Shown piece after piece: positions 1-12,023 of a stretch of DNA of 64,000 nt. The position numbers were made by a program, and so were the translations under genes. How positions within the stretch are numbered: position 1 is the stretch's first letter; every line of letters starts with the position of its first letter. The notes below the pieces were generated by a model, which had not been told where the DNA came from, did no database searches, and saw only the letters and a program-made list of their open reading frames with translations. Source of the DNA: a bacterium (GTDB lineage Bacteria; Patescibacteriota; Patescibacteriia; UBA9570). The stretch is taken from positions 29,735 through 93,734 of the forward strand of contig JAUYKW010000001.1 in assembly GCA_030698395.1 (NCBI GenBank), given 5' to 3'.

Positions 1-181
1 ATTAGCTGGCAGAATAACAAGAGAGCTAATTTTACTTTTACCTTATGTTATACCGTCTCTTATCTTAGGTATTTTTACAGGTCATAAATTATTTTCTAAA
101 ATTAACGGCGCTGCTTTAAAAAAAATAATCTATTATTTTGTTTTATTTTCAGGCTTAATTATTTTTATTAAATATTTATAG
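1..181 (+). CDS. 3' end of a membrane protein, probably TauE/SafE sulfite exporter family (partial)
   Basis: Frame from base 2 reads LAGRITRELILLLPYVIPSLILGIFTGHKLFSKINGAALKKIIYYFVLFSGLIIFIKYL*, resembling the TauE C-terminal pattern. Confidence 0.55.
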   Translation, partial: LAGRITRELILLLPYVIPSLILGIFTGHKLFSKINGAALKKIIYYFVLFSGLIIFIKYL

Positions 182-261
182 TTAAAAAATTTAAAAATTA
201 ATTAAAATCTTATTTCTCATTTAATCTTAACTACTTTAGTTCTAACATCGTCCACGACCCC

Positions 262-450
262 GAGCCAAATTGTATGTTCGGCGTTTCTCTTAATCAGAGA
301 AAAGCGGAAACGCTCTATTTTAATTAGCAAAAGGGCAAAAATTCCTTCCCCCAGACCCCCTTCTTTTTTGCCCTTTTGCTTTTCGGGCCCCGCTATTCAG
401 CGGTATAAACTCCGCCGAGGCAACAAACGCCGAACATACAAATTTGGCTC
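262..450. repeat. Nested inverted-repeat (REP/MITE-like) element
   Basis: gagccaaattgtatgttcggcgttt (262-286) is the reverse complement of 425-450 apart from one extra A; inner IR agcaaaagggcaaaaa (326-341)/tttttgcccttttgct (365-380). Confidence 0.75.
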
Positions 451-645
451 CGAACTCTGAACGAAATCCGAACCTTTTTCAAGGAAAATCCGCAAGAGGA
501 TTTGGACTGAATCTCGCCCAGCGTTTCCGCACGCCTCCGCTGGCTTCAATTGGAACATCGCCTTAATTACGGGCAATAAAAAAACTTGATGACATTAAGC
601 GAAAAATTATCTCTAAAAAACAGAGAGTTATGATATAATAAGCAG

Positions 646-1056
646 ATGCTAAAAGATAACCTAAATAAAATAATCATCATCGGATTAATTATTACATTAA
701 TAATAATGGTGACTATTCTACTACTAGGAACTACCTTGGGATTACTTTATTCATCATTACCGGAACATAATCCGCAAGATAATCAACAAAACTGCGAATC
801 CGTTGGTGGAGAATGGTCTTATAATGAAGAATTTTGTCTGCTAGCTAATAAAAAGGCTGGCGAAGAATGCACAGATGGAGGACAATGTGAAAGTGGAGCT
901 TGTTCTCCGCCAACATTAACAGCCGAACAAGAAACACAACTTATCAATGAACCAATACCAAACATTGTTGGTACATGTTATCCTGACAATGAAGTAACTG
1001 GATGTGTGGATCAAGTTATTCTAGGTACTATTTCGAAGGACTCAATGTGCTTATAA
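646..1056 (+). CDS. Membrane-anchored Cys-rich hypothetical protein
   Basis: N-terminal TM helix; 8 Cys including CESVGGEW and CTDGGQCESGAC. Confidence 0.75.
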   Translation: MLKDNLNKIIIIGLIITLIIMVTILLLGTTLGLLYSSLPEHNPQDNQQNCESVGGEWSYNEEFCLLANKKAGEECTDGGQCESGACSPPTLTAEQETQLINEPIPNIVGTCYPDNEVTGCVDQVILGTISKDSMCL

Positions 1057-1087
1057 AATAACCACTCTTTTAATTCTTATTCCTTAA

Positions 1088-3472
1088 CTACTTTAGTTTC
1101 AGTTCATAATCTCTTGTAACAACATATTTCTGCAAAACCTTTAACTTGCTACTGCGCAATCTAATTTGATGTTTATTTTTTTTGGTTTTACTAGGCTGAA
1201 CTTTAGAATTAACTGAATTCTGAGCAGATTTCTTTGCCAAGCTATTATTCTTCGGCTTAATACGTACTGTTACCAACCGAACTGAAGATCCTTTCTTTAA
1301 AGTTGCAACTGCAAACCACATATCTCTAAATTCTAATACTTTTATATTAGACTTTTTGAATGCATGACCACCAATTTTCTTTGTATCCTGATTATTACCA
1401 TTCATTGCATTCATTAGGATTATCTTACGGCCCTTTGGATGCATGACAATATATCTCCCCTGACTACGGAATTGTTTTACTCTAGTTTTTTCTACACCAT
1501 CATAAGCTGTAAAAGGCTCGTAACGATAAACTGAATCATCAGCATACCGAACATTTACCCGACCATGTTTCTTACCAGTTACAGACACAATAGCTTCTGT
1601 CGCTAAATCACTATTCTTAGCACTATACTCACCGTAATGAGGATGCTCACCGTTTTCTGCTACAGTATTAACTTCATCAATTTCGCCATCATCATCATTG
1701 TCAACGCCATCATTGTCAATTTCTATACCATTTGTCTTAATACTGTCATTTGTATCGTCAGTATTGTCGGCATATCCATCTGGTGCTGTTACAGAACAAA
1801 CTGAAGTTGTATCACCATCACTTACTCCTAATCCATCATCATCACCATCTTCATAATATGTTTGATTCTCAGATATAGTATCATCAGCATCGTCACAATC
1901 TGTACCTGTTTCAATACCGTCATTATCAGCGTCATTATCATTCGTATCAGATCCAGTTAACAAACCATCTGGACCAGCTAAACCGTCACCATCACCATCA
2001 ATGTATGGAAATGCCAAATATGCTCTTCCCACCTGCTGAGGTGTTATGTTATCCCAATATGGTGCACCAACTAAAATTTCCGGAAAGCCGTCTCCATTGG
2101 TATCGCCAGCGTTAGTTACTCCAGCACCGGCACCATCTCCGGAAATTTCTCCGTTAAATTGTAAATCAGCAGACGTGAAACTAGCTGTAATATTCCGTGA
2201 GTCATCTGCTTGAGCAGCCATAATTGCAGTTGTAAATCTGGTTGCAGATCCATAGAATACGAAAGCTGCCCCAGTATCAACTGAACTCACGACTTTATCT
2301 TTTACGCCAACAATTATATCATCATAACCATCTTTATTTATATCTCCCGAACTGCCCACATAATAAAAAACGTTAGTCCCAGCATCTGCTACAGTAAATT
2401 TAGCGTCAGCCGTGGAAGCATTTATATTTGCAAAATTAGCAGATTTACCATAAAAAACATACATGCCATGATCAATGGAATCTCCAATTTGACCTTCTGT
2501 ACTTCCTACAAGTAAATCGTCATAACCATCATTATTCAGATCAGCGTTATTCATGGTATAACCTAAACCATCATAGGTTTCTTCCGGTGAGATTTTTGCT
2601 GTTGCTCTGGCTAATACACCACCATCTGTAAACTGCGCAGATTTTCCATAAAATATATACACAGCGCCACCATACGTACCAATTTCAGATGCACCAACAA
2701 CGAAATCATCATAACCGTCGTTGTTAAGATCTCCAGCTGGAGCAACTGTGTTACCAAAACGATTATTAATAGCTTCACCAGTAATTTTTGCATCAGCTAC
2801 TGTGCCCAAATCACCACCAGATAAATCAGCACTTTGTCCGTAAACTACGTAAGTGGCTCCTGTTTTAGTGTTTTGCCAATGAGATCCAATCAAAATATCA
2901 TCATAACCATCGTTATTAATATCACCAGCCCCTGCAATGGACACTCCAATATGTTGGGCTATTGCTTCACCAGTAAATTTTACAGCGGTACTGGATAAAA
3001 CGTTTGTTCCAGTAAACTTCGAAGCTTGTCCATAGACAAGATAGACAACACCTTTTGCATTACCATCAAAAGCATCTGAGAATAAGAAATCATCATAGCC
3101 ATCGCCATTTACGTCACCAGCAGCAGCTACTTTCGGAGGTGCCCCTTCTAAAAAATCATCCTCATCGGTAAATACGGGTGCAGATGAATAATCTGCAACA
3201 GGTCCAGTGGCACTTCCGTACATAAGATGAACAAATAATGTATCACTAGGGCTTTCATCGAAAGACCCCATTAGGAAATCATCATAGCCATCGCCATTTA
3301 CGTCACCAGCTGGTGATAACTCCTGACCAAAAGATTCATTAAGCAGATTCCCATCATATTGTCGTGGAACATCTGCTAGATCTATTTCTGTTGTTGCTTG
3401 TACAGGACTTAGTCCATATAAGACGCCTGCGCTTATTAAGAAGAATATATATAAATGTTTCATAGACTTCAT
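1088..3472 (-). CDS. Secreted FG-GAP/integrin-alpha-like repeat protein with Asp-rich Ca-binding region and basic C-terminal domain
   Basis: Signal peptide; about 7 repeats of AGD(V/I/L)NxDGYDD; DCDD/DGDDDG motifs; start placed at ATG 3472 (or 3463). Confidence 0.85.
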   Translation of the reverse strand: MKSMKHLYIFFLISAGVLYGLSPVQATTEIDLADVPRQYDGNLLNESFGQELSPAGDVNGDGYDDFLMGSFDESPSDTLFVHLMYGSATGPVADYSSAPVFTDEDDFLEGAPPKVAAAGDVNGDGYDDFLFSDAFDGNAKGVVYLVYGQASKFTGTNVLSSTAVKFTGEAIAQHIGVSIAGAGDINNDGYDDILIGSHWQNTKTGATYVVYGQSADLSGGDLGTVADAKITGEAINNRFGNTVAPAGDLNNDGYDDFVVGASEIGTYGGAVYIFYGKSAQFTDGGVLARATAKISPEETYDGLGYTMNNADLNNDGYDDLLVGSTEGQIGDSIDHGMYVFYGKSANFANINASTADAKFTVADAGTNVFYYVGSSGDINKDGYDDIIVGVKDKVVSSVDTGAAFVFYGSATRFTTAIMAAQADDSRNITASFTSADLQFNGEISGDGAGAGVTNAGDTNGDGFPEILVGAPYWDNITPQQVGRAYLAFPYIDGDGDGLAGPDGLLTGSDTNDNDADNDGIETGTDCDDADDTISENQTYYEDGDDDGLGVSDGDTTSVCSVTAPDGYADNTDDTNDSIKTNGIEIDNDGVDNDDDGEIDEVNTVAENGEHPHYGEYSAKNSDLATEAIVSVTGKKHGRVNVRYADDSVYRYEPFTAYDGVEKTRVKQFRSQGRYIVMHPKGRKIILMNAMNGNNQDTKKIGGHAFKKSNIKVLEFRDMWFAVATLKKGSSVRLVTVRIKPKNNSLAKKSAQNSVNSKVQPSKTKKNKHQIRLRSSKLKVLQKYVVTRDYELKLK

Positions 3473-3575
3473 TGTATCATATACCATAAAAAAAAACGAA
3501 GTTAATTGAATAATTAGTACTATAAAATAAACCGACAAGACATCATTAACCGAAAATTAACAATAAAATTAATAG

Positions 3576-3812
3576 CTATATAATAATCGTCACGACATCA
3601 TTATTCATATAACATTCACCTTTTATTATCTGCACATCTTTATTTATAGAAGTTTTTCCTTGCAAAGAAACCTTACCCTTGCCTAATAAAGCAAATAATT
3701 CTGCATGTCCCGGTAATATTTGTATATTGCCAGAAACTGCTGGAATTGTAACGCTCTGCATATCTTTATATGTGTTTGTTCCCTTTGGAGATGTAATTTT
3801 GCAAGTCAACAT
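3576..3812 (-). CDS. atpC: F-type ATP synthase epsilon subunit (N-terminal domain only)
   Basis: ITSP...G(N)IQILPGHA motif; last gene of the atp operon. Confidence 0.85.
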   Translation of the reverse strand: MLTCKITSPKGTNTYKDMQSVTIPAVSGNIQILPGHAELFALLGKGKVSLQGKTSINKDVQIIKGECYMNNDVVTIII

Positions 3813-3815
3813 ATA

Positions 3816-5183
<1,368 letters not shown>

Positions 5184-5187
5184 TCAA

Positions 5188-6036
5188 TTAATTTGAACGG
5201 TATTTTATTTTATGTGCTACAAAACTTTCTAACTGATTTTGTGTTACTGTTCGACGCTTCTCTTTTTCATAATCCAGTAACAACTGTTCAACAAGTTCAG
5301 ACGTTTTTACTGCGGCATGTTCCATTGCTATGGTACGCGCAGAAAATTCTGATAGCTTTGCTTCTATAATAATGGAATAAAAATACACTCCAATATATTT
5401 TTGCAGCAGCATATGAAAAACTTTCTGCTTCGAAGGTTCAAATATTGGCAATCCTTCTTTATTGCTCATATCTTCATTTAAGGTAAATACAAAAGGCAAA
5501 AATGGAATAATTTGTGGCGTTTGTTCAGCAAAAGAAACGAATTGTGGAAATAAAATATCTACTTGTGAGAAAGATCCTTTTTTATATTTCTCAAAAAAGT
5601 AATTAGTCATATTAATAATTTCCTCTTCAGACGGGATATCAGAAAAATATGTAAAATCATTAATTACACCTATCCTTTCCTCTTCCAGAAATTTCTTACC
5701 TTTTGTTCCTATAGTAACAATTGATTGATACTCTTTATTTTTTTCTAAATACTTATTAATTATACTATGCCATAAACCACCAACCAAACCTTTATTACCA
5801 GTTAAAATTACAAGGGCTTTTGTTCCGGTACTATTTTTTTGTAAAAGCGGATGTTCCCTCTTTTTATAATAAACCAACAATTGAGATAATACATTCTCAA
5901 TTTCAAATTTATAGGCATGCAGATTAGAAACCTCTTGTTTTAAAGTATGCACAAAAGATGCTGCAATTTTTTCAACTGTTTTTACTGTTTCTGAAACATC
6001 CTGAAATCCGTATATTTGATCTTTCTTTATAGACAT
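5188..6036 (-). CDS. atpG: F-type ATP synthase gamma subunit
   Basis: KGLVGG, SEFSARTIAMEHA, RRTVTQNQLE; lies between alpha and beta. Confidence 0.93.
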   Translation of the reverse strand: MSIKKDQIYGFQDVSETVKTVEKIAASFVHTLKQEVSNLHAYKFEIENVLSQLLVYYKKREHPLLQKNSTGTKALVILTGNKGLVGGLWHSIINKYLEKNKEYQSIVTIGTKGKKFLEEERIGVINDFTYFSDIPSEEEIINMTNYFFEKYKKGSFSQVDILFPQFVSFAEQTPQIIPFLPFVFTLNEDMSNKEGLPIFEPSKQKVFHMLLQKYIGVYFYSIIIEAKLSEFSARTIAMEHAAVKTSELVEQLLLDYEKEKRRTVTQNQLESFVAHKIKYRSN

Positions 6037-6057
6037 ATTTTATATAACCAATATCAT

Positions 6058-7524
6058 TTATTGTAAAATAACAAATTCTTGTTTAAAGTCTTCTACAATA
6101 CTCTTAATATTTGTTTTTATTTTTTCATCAAATGAACCGGCTAGAATTTTTTCTAGTATAAATGGATACTGATATCGAATTAATTCTAATAAAAGCACTT
6201 CAAAGCTACTCCATTTTTCTTTTTCTATATCATCAAAAAATCCCTGCTCAACTGTATAAAATAATATAACTTGCTCTGGCCAGGTAATATTAGTATGTTT
6301 ATTCTGCTTTAATAATTCTAAAGTTAAATCTCCTCGATGAATTTTCTTTTGTGCTTGATCGCTCACAACAGTTTCCAACTGAGACAATTTTTGAAGATCT
6401 TTGTGTTGAACAAGCGCTAAACGAATACCAGAAACAACTTCCTGTAGTGCAGGCGGTTGCACTTGCGACCCTAAACGAGAAACAGATAAACCAACATTAA
6501 CAGCAGGCATAAAACCTTTTTGAAATAAACCATTTTCTAAATAAATTTGCCCATCTGTTATAGAAATAATATTTGTTGGTATAAAAGATGTAAGATCTCC
6601 CTGTTGCGTTTCAATAATAGGCAATGCAGTTAGTGAGCCTCCACCTTTTTCCTTTGATAACTGAGCTGCTCGTTCTAATAATCCTGCATGTAAAGAAAAA
6701 ACGTCTCCTGGATAAGCCTCTCTTCCAGGTGCTCGTTCTAATAATAATGAAAAATCTCGATACGTTTTTGCATGTTTTGATAGATCATCATAAATAACCA
6801 ATGCATCATTACCCTTGTCACGAAAATACTCCCCAATAGCACAACCAACAAACGGAGCTAAATACTGCTGAGCAAAAGATGTATCTACCGGCGCAGCCAC
6901 TACTATTGTATATAAAAAAGAATTTTGATCTTCAAATAAAGTTATTACTTCTCTAATTTTCTGCTGTTTTTGTCCACTTAGCACATAAATACATACAACT
7001 GGTTTTTCAGCATATTTTTGATTTAATACAACATCTTTCGTAATTGTACTTTTGCCAAGTTTCCGATCTCCAATAATTAATTCTCGTTGACCTCTACCTA
7101 ATGCAAGATTTGTATCAATAATTTTAATACCCGTAGTTAACGGTACAGTTACTGGATCCCGATCTATAATTAATGGCGCATCCTGAAAAACCGGTACTAA
7201 TTCTCCTTTAATAATACCCAAATCATCAATGGCATTACCTAAACCGTCAACAATTCTACCTATGCTAGTATCTGATACCGAAATTGAATGCGGTTCTCCG
7301 CTTGGAAAAATCTTTTGCTCTAAATCTACATCTTCACTAAAAAAAAGTGCCTCTACAAAATTTTCATTAAAACCAACTACAATAGCTACTGGAATATTAT
7401 TCTTGTCAAGTAATGTTTCATGCAAAAATATATTTGGTAATCCTTGAATCTTCGCCACACCAGAAAAAAAAGAAACGATTTTGCCAGATACGATACTTTT
7501 TCTACTATTTTTTTCTTTTGCCAT
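6058..7524 (-). CDS. atpA: F-type ATP synthase alpha subunit
   Basis: GRGQRELIIGDR, PGREAYPGDVF, SITDGQIYL, NVGLSVSR. Confidence 0.97.
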   Translation of the reverse strand: MAKEKNSRKSIVSGKIVSFFSGVAKIQGLPNIFLHETLLDKNNIPVAIVVGFNENFVEALFFSEDVDLEQKIFPSGEPHSISVSDTSIGRIVDGLGNAIDDLGIIKGELVPVFQDAPLIIDRDPVTVPLTTGIKIIDTNLALGRGQRELIIGDRKLGKSTITKDVVLNQKYAEKPVVCIYVLSGQKQQKIREVITLFEDQNSFLYTIVVAAPVDTSFAQQYLAPFVGCAIGEYFRDKGNDALVIYDDLSKHAKTYRDFSLLLERAPGREAYPGDVFSLHAGLLERAAQLSKEKGGGSLTALPIIETQQGDLTSFIPTNIISITDGQIYLENGLFQKGFMPAVNVGLSVSRLGSQVQPPALQEVVSGIRLALVQHKDLQKLSQLETVVSDQAQKKIHRGDLTLELLKQNKHTNITWPEQVILFYTVEQGFFDDIEKEKWSSFEVLLLELIRYQYPFILEKILAGSFDEKIKTNIKSIVEDFKQEFVILQ

Positions 7525-7885
7525 TGTTCATTTCAGATAAACGAGATTGAATCTGTTGGATTACTTCTTTCTTCTCCTTTTCTACCTCATCCCTACTATT
7601 ATTTTTTATATCCTTGGCAATATTCTCCGCTTCATCAATAATTTCACGAGCACGTTGTTTCGCTTTCACTATTTCCTTTTTTTGTTCTTCAGAATTTGTA
7701 CTCATTTCATGCTCTATGTTGTTCTGTAATGTTTGTGCTTTCTTTAAAAGCTCTTCATCTTTTTCAATTTTTTTTATAATTGGTTTATACACAAATTTAG
7801 TAAGCAACAGCAATAAAATACCAAAATTTATTATTTGAGCAATCAACAATTTAATATCTATACCTAAACTACCTAAAATCTCCAT
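7505..7885 (-). CDS. atpF: F-type ATP synthase b subunit
   Basis: QIINFGILLLLL...YKPI followed by a coiled coil. Confidence 0.9.
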   Translation of the reverse strand: MEILGSLGIDIKLLIAQIINFGILLLLLTKFVYKPIIKKIEKDEELLKKAQTLQNNIEHEMSTNSEEQKKEIVKAKQRAREIIDEAENIAKDIKNNSRDEVEKEKKEVIQQIQSRLSEMNNGKRKK

Positions 7886-7887
7886 AA

Positions 7888-8100
7888 TTAAACGAATTTG
7901 AGAATAAGTGCGATTACTAAAGCATATATAGAAATAGCTTCAGCAAATGCAATAGCTACAATCATTGCTATTTGGATTTTTTCAGCGCTCTCTGGATTAC
8001 GCGCTATACCAAAAAGTGCCGCGGCACCAATCATACCAATTGCTAACGCTGGAGCAATTGTACCTATTGCCATAGTAAATGCTGAGGGATCTTGAGTCAT
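7888..8100 (-). CDS. atpE: F-type ATP synthase c subunit
   Basis: Two TM helices, ARNPE loop, ion-binding Glu in FAEAISIY. Confidence 0.95.
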   Translation of the reverse strand: MTQDPSAFTMAIGTIAPALAIGMIGAAALFGIARNPESAEKIQIAMIVAIAFAEAISIYALVIALILKFV

Positions 8101-8106
8101 GTTATT

Positions 8107-8874
8107 TTAGTTATTACTACTTAATTTATTTTTTTTGACTGATTCAACGTGATGAAGCGTACTTGTTTTGATAAACGTTAATGTTAATATGGCAAAAATA
8201 AATGCCTGTATAATACCTACGAATAATTCTAGCACCATAAACGGTATGGGTATAATATATGGTACTAAAAAAGCTATAACTAGTAACAGCACTTCGCCAG
8301 CAAATACATTTCCAAATAATCTAAATGAAAATGAAAACACTTTTACACTTTCTGATACAATTTCAAAAAATCCAAGAATAAAATTAATTGGACTAGTAAA
8401 ATTAAAGAAACGCATTAAATATGCTTTAATGCCTAACTCTTGCAAAGAAAAAAATTGAATTCCAACAATAGAAAAAAGTGCCAGTGCTAAAGTGATTGTA
8501 AGATCACTATTAGGTGACCGCAAAATAGAAAATATCCCTGCTTGAGTTTGAACAAAAAATGAACCTAAAAAACCCGGGAATAATGCTAATATATTTGCTG
8601 TCACAATAAACAGGAAAAAAGTAGCAATCAGAGGTAAAATTCTCTTAGATAACGATCTATCTTTTGTTACCATGTCTGTAAGCTTTAACAATTCATAAAT
8701 TAGAATACGAATCCCATTAATAAATATGTTTCTATGATCCTCTTTTCTTATATAAAATACTCCAGCCATAACACCAAGCACTGTGGTAACCATAAGAGAT
8801 GTTAAAAACGTGTTGGATATCGCTACTCCAAAAATGGTTAAAATATATTCTGATTCTAAACGAATATTAAGCAT
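8107..8874 (-). CDS. atpB: F-type ATP synthase a subunit
   Basis: SFRLFGNVFAGE with the essential Arg; IQAFIFAILT. Confidence 0.95.
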   Translation of the reverse strand: MLNIRLESEYILTIFGVAISNTFLTSLMVTTVLGVMAGVFYIRKEDHRNIFINGIRILIYELLKLTDMVTKDRSLSKRILPLIATFFLFIVTANILALFPGFLGSFFVQTQAGIFSILRSPNSDLTITLALALFSIVGIQFFSLQELGIKAYLMRFFNFTSPINFILGFFEIVSESVKVFSFSFRLFGNVFAGEVLLLVIAFLVPYIIPIPFMVLELFVGIIQAFIFAILTLTFIKTSTLHHVESVKKNKLSSNN

Positions 8875-9103
8875 TTTTTTCGCCGTCTTTAATTAATGGA
8901 ATAAGTAAATGATAAACTTCATAAATTGTAATAATGATACCAATAAGCATGCCAATCAATAAAAAAATTGGCTTAGTAGATAAATAATTATCAACCAATA
9001 ACCCAAGATATAAAAAACCACTAATCGGCGCAACGATAAAAAAACCTAATTGCCACGCAAGCGATATAGCATAAAAAGTTTTAAAATTGCTCTTCTTTGT
9101 CAT
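8867..9103 (-). CDS. AtpZ/AtpI (AtpQ-like) family protein
   Basis: Two TM helices with GLLVD..LSTKP motif; first gene of the atp operon. Confidence 0.8.
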   Translation of the reverse strand: MTKKSNFKTFYAISLAWQLGFFIVAPISGFLYLGLLVDNYLSTKPIFLLIGMLIGIIITIYEVYHLLIPLIKDGEKNA

Positions 9104-9257
9104 AGGTACATTTTAACACAAAACATCATATATAGTAACAAGATTCTCCTCATAAAAAATAGACAAAACAGATACGCATATAAAAAGCATATACCATTAT
9201 CCAGCTATTACATAACTAGTGTATACTTAGAGTTAGGATAAAATTAACAACATCATT

Positions 9258-10040
9258 ATGAAACAATCCATAAACCAAGAAGGCGGAATAATAAAAATAA
9301 TACTAATTATTGTTGCTGTTTGTTTTACACTATTAGTAATAGGTATAGCATTCCTATTTGGTTTCGGTGTTAAAGAATGGAATAAATTAAGCGTTGGCGA
9401 AACTGTTACAGAAACTCGTGATGTGAGCGACTTTTCTAATATTCAGCTAAATGGATTTGGCAACCTCATTATTGAGCAAGGTTCACAAGAAGCATTAGAA
9501 ATAGAAACTGGTAATAATTTGATGAAATATATAAAAACCGAAGTTAAGGGCGATACTTTAGTTATTGAATATAAAAAAGCCTGGCTAGTTGGTTTAATGA
9601 TGTTAAAAAATCACGATGAAACGAACTTTAATCTGAGTGTAAAAGACTTAGATAATATTTCCTTGTCTGGATCTGGAGACATAGTTACTGAAGATTTTGA
9701 AACAACAGATTTAAGTATTGATATTTCTGGATCCGGCGATGTAGATATGAACATTCAAGCAAAACAACTTGATTCTAATGTTTCTGGCTCAGGCGAATTT
9801 GATCTAACTGGAGAAGTTGTTAATCAATCAATCACGATATCTGGATCTGGAAAATACAGAGCGTTTGATTTAGCAAGCCAAGTAGCAGAAGTAGAAATTT
9901 CAGGATCTGGAGAAATTGAGCTTGATGTCGATGATGCTTTGGATGTATCTATTAGTGGAACTGGCGATGTTAAGTACACAGGCAACCCATCAATTACTCA
10001 GTCGATTACAGGATCTGGAGATATTTCCCAAGTTAAGTAA
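9258..10040 (+). CDS. DUF2807/head GIN domain protein
   Basis: Repeated ISGSG(D/E) beta-helix motifs after an N-terminal anchor. Confidence 0.85.
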   Translation: MKQSINQEGGIIKIILIIVAVCFTLLVIGIAFLFGFGVKEWNKLSVGETVTETRDVSDFSNIQLNGFGNLIIEQGSQEALEIETGNNLMKYIKTEVKGDTLVIEYKKAWLVGLMMLKNHDETNFNLSVKDLDNISLSGSGDIVTEDFETTDLSIDISGSGDVDMNIQAKQLDSNVSGSGEFDLTGEVVNQSITISGSGKYRAFDLASQVAEVEISGSGEIELDVDDALDVSISGTGDVKYTGNPSITQSITGSGDISQVK

Positions 10041-10091
10041 ATCATCCATTCAATACCTAGAAAACTACTCACTCAGCATGTTATACTTAAA

Positions 10092-11933
10092 TTGATGAAG
10101 AAAGAACGTGCTGGCAATGTAATATCAAATAACCTCGTAGCGATTTTACTGTCACTAACTTGCGGTATTGTTTTATTATTATTCGCTCTCTCTGGTAGTG
10201 GAGTTGATTGGTATATTAGTGAGACTTTATCTGAGATTATCTACTCAGCCATTTTCTATTATCAAGAAATACCGTATTTTACATTTTTCCTTAATGGCGG
10301 ATCATACATGATCCAGGATCCCCAAAGTCCACTCCTGTCAATTTCTACATTATGGATTTTGCTATTTGGTCCCCATGGTGGCATCCGATTTGCAGCTTTC
10401 TTTTGGGGTATAGCTGGTTGTTATTCTATGTATGCATGGCTACGACATAAAATAGGAAATAATCCAGCACTATTTGCTGGAGTAAGCTGGGTACTCAGCA
10501 ATGGTTTCTTTTGGAGACTAACTGTAGGGCATGACATGTTTCTCTGGTATCTTGGTGTTCCCATTCTATTGATTGTTCTGGAAAAACTCATAAAGCAACC
10601 TAGCTTCCGCAACAGTGTTCTAGCGGGTTTAATATTTGGCTTATATTTGGCTGGGCCAACGTTCCATGCTCTCGTTTATTTTGTCGCCCCTTTAATTCTG
10701 TTATGGTTTATTATTTTTCTGATTGCTAATAAAAATAAATCTTCCATAAAGAAATTGTTATTGTATAGTTTGTCCGCAATAGGTATTGCAATTATGATTA
10801 CGGCTCCAAAACTAATATCTTGGTTCATCTTTCCAATGAAGAGGCCCATAATTGAAGAGGGTACTCTTTTTCTAAAAGATACTATAATATCACTTATTTA
10901 TTTTATTCCTAACTGGACCAGCTTTTCGCTTAATAATGTATTACTAGATAGTGGTTCACCAATTTTTTTAATCCCTCTACCAGAAGTAAATATTGCACTC
11001 ACTCCTTTTGCTACTGCTTTAGCACTGTTTGGAGTACTGGTTCCATTTCGAAAAAAAATACCACGGCCAGCTACATATATCTATGCGGTAATCTTAGTAA
11101 TTCTGGGTATTTTTCTAGCGTCCAGTTCACATTTTGCAACTTTTTTCCATCAAATATCTAATGGGAGTTTTCGTGTTGTTGGTAGATTCACTGCCATTTC
11201 CGCATTTGGACTAGCAATTCTTTCTGGATATGGCTTACAGTTGTTTCTCTCTCTGTTGAAAAAAAAATATCATAAAATTATCATCTCAACAGTTTTTTTA
11301 AGTATATTAATTTTTTCCGGTTATTGGTTCTATTCTGCTACAAATTTAATTACAGACGATTTCACTCCTCCGGCTCCACTTTTACAACCGCTCTCGCCTC
11401 TTTGGACTCACCAAAAAATAAATGAAACAAACCCAGTCATTGTCCGAATGGACATCAGTACCGAAACAGCAGAAGCAAATAAAATAATCAACAACAAAGT
11501 AACAATGTCCGAATGGAAAATTACTGGCAATGATGATAATGCGTTACTTAATAATAAAATAAATGCTCTGCTATCTAACAAATCATTCGAAGCTCCTTTA
11601 TCAGATCAGTTATCACCTGATCAAATTCAATTAACTCATACCACACTAACAATTTTAGACTTACCGGCCAACACTCCGACAACTGTTCGATTATCATCTG
11701 CCATCTACCAAAAAAAAGTGACTACTCAACCAAAGAATGCTGATGTTGAAATATCAGATAATAATGGACAACTCGTCATTACAAATCACAGCGATAATGT
11801 TATCGAAAAAGTAACGATCAAAGTTACTGATCCTATTCCAGTAATTGCATGGATAATTTCAGCGTTAACGCTTCTGGCTGCAACAATTTTTCTACTTCTA
11901 AAACCAACATTGCTACGTTTAAGGAAACGTTAG
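10092..11933 (+). CDS. Multipass membrane protein, GT-C/YfhO-like
   Basis: Many TM segments; N-terminal PY...NGG...DPQSP pattern typical of YfhO-like proteins. Confidence 0.55.
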   Translation: MMKKERAGNVISNNLVAILLSLTCGIVLLLFALSGSGVDWYISETLSEIIYSAIFYYQEIPYFTFFLNGGSYMIQDPQSPLLSISTLWILLFGPHGGIRFAAFFWGIAGCYSMYAWLRHKIGNNPALFAGVSWVLSNGFFWRLTVGHDMFLWYLGVPILLIVLEKLIKQPSFRNSVLAGLIFGLYLAGPTFHALVYFVAPLILLWFIIFLIANKNKSSIKKLLLYSLSAIGIAIMITAPKLISWFIFPMKRPIIEEGTLFLKDTIISLIYFIPNWTSFSLNNVLLDSGSPIFLIPLPEVNIALTPFATALALFGVLVPFRKKIPRPATYIYAVILVILGIFLASSSHFATFFHQISNGSFRVVGRFTAISAFGLAILSGYGLQLFLSLLKKKYHKIIISTVFLSILIFSGYWFYSATNLITDDFTPPAPLLQPLSPLWTHQKINETNPVIVRMDISTETAEANKIINNKVTMSEWKITGNDDNALLNNKINALLSNKSFEAPLSDQLSPDQIQLTHTTLTILDLPANTPTTVRLSSAIYQKKVTTQPKNADVEISDNNGQLVITNHSDNVIEKVTIKVTDPIPVIAWIISALTLLAATIFLLLKPTLLRLRKR

Positions 11934-12023
11934 ATCTTATCTAGTTAAAAATCAAGTTCCCTTTTTTAAACCTCATTATGATATACTAAATTTCTATAAT
12001 ATCTCTTATTTACTTATAAAATT

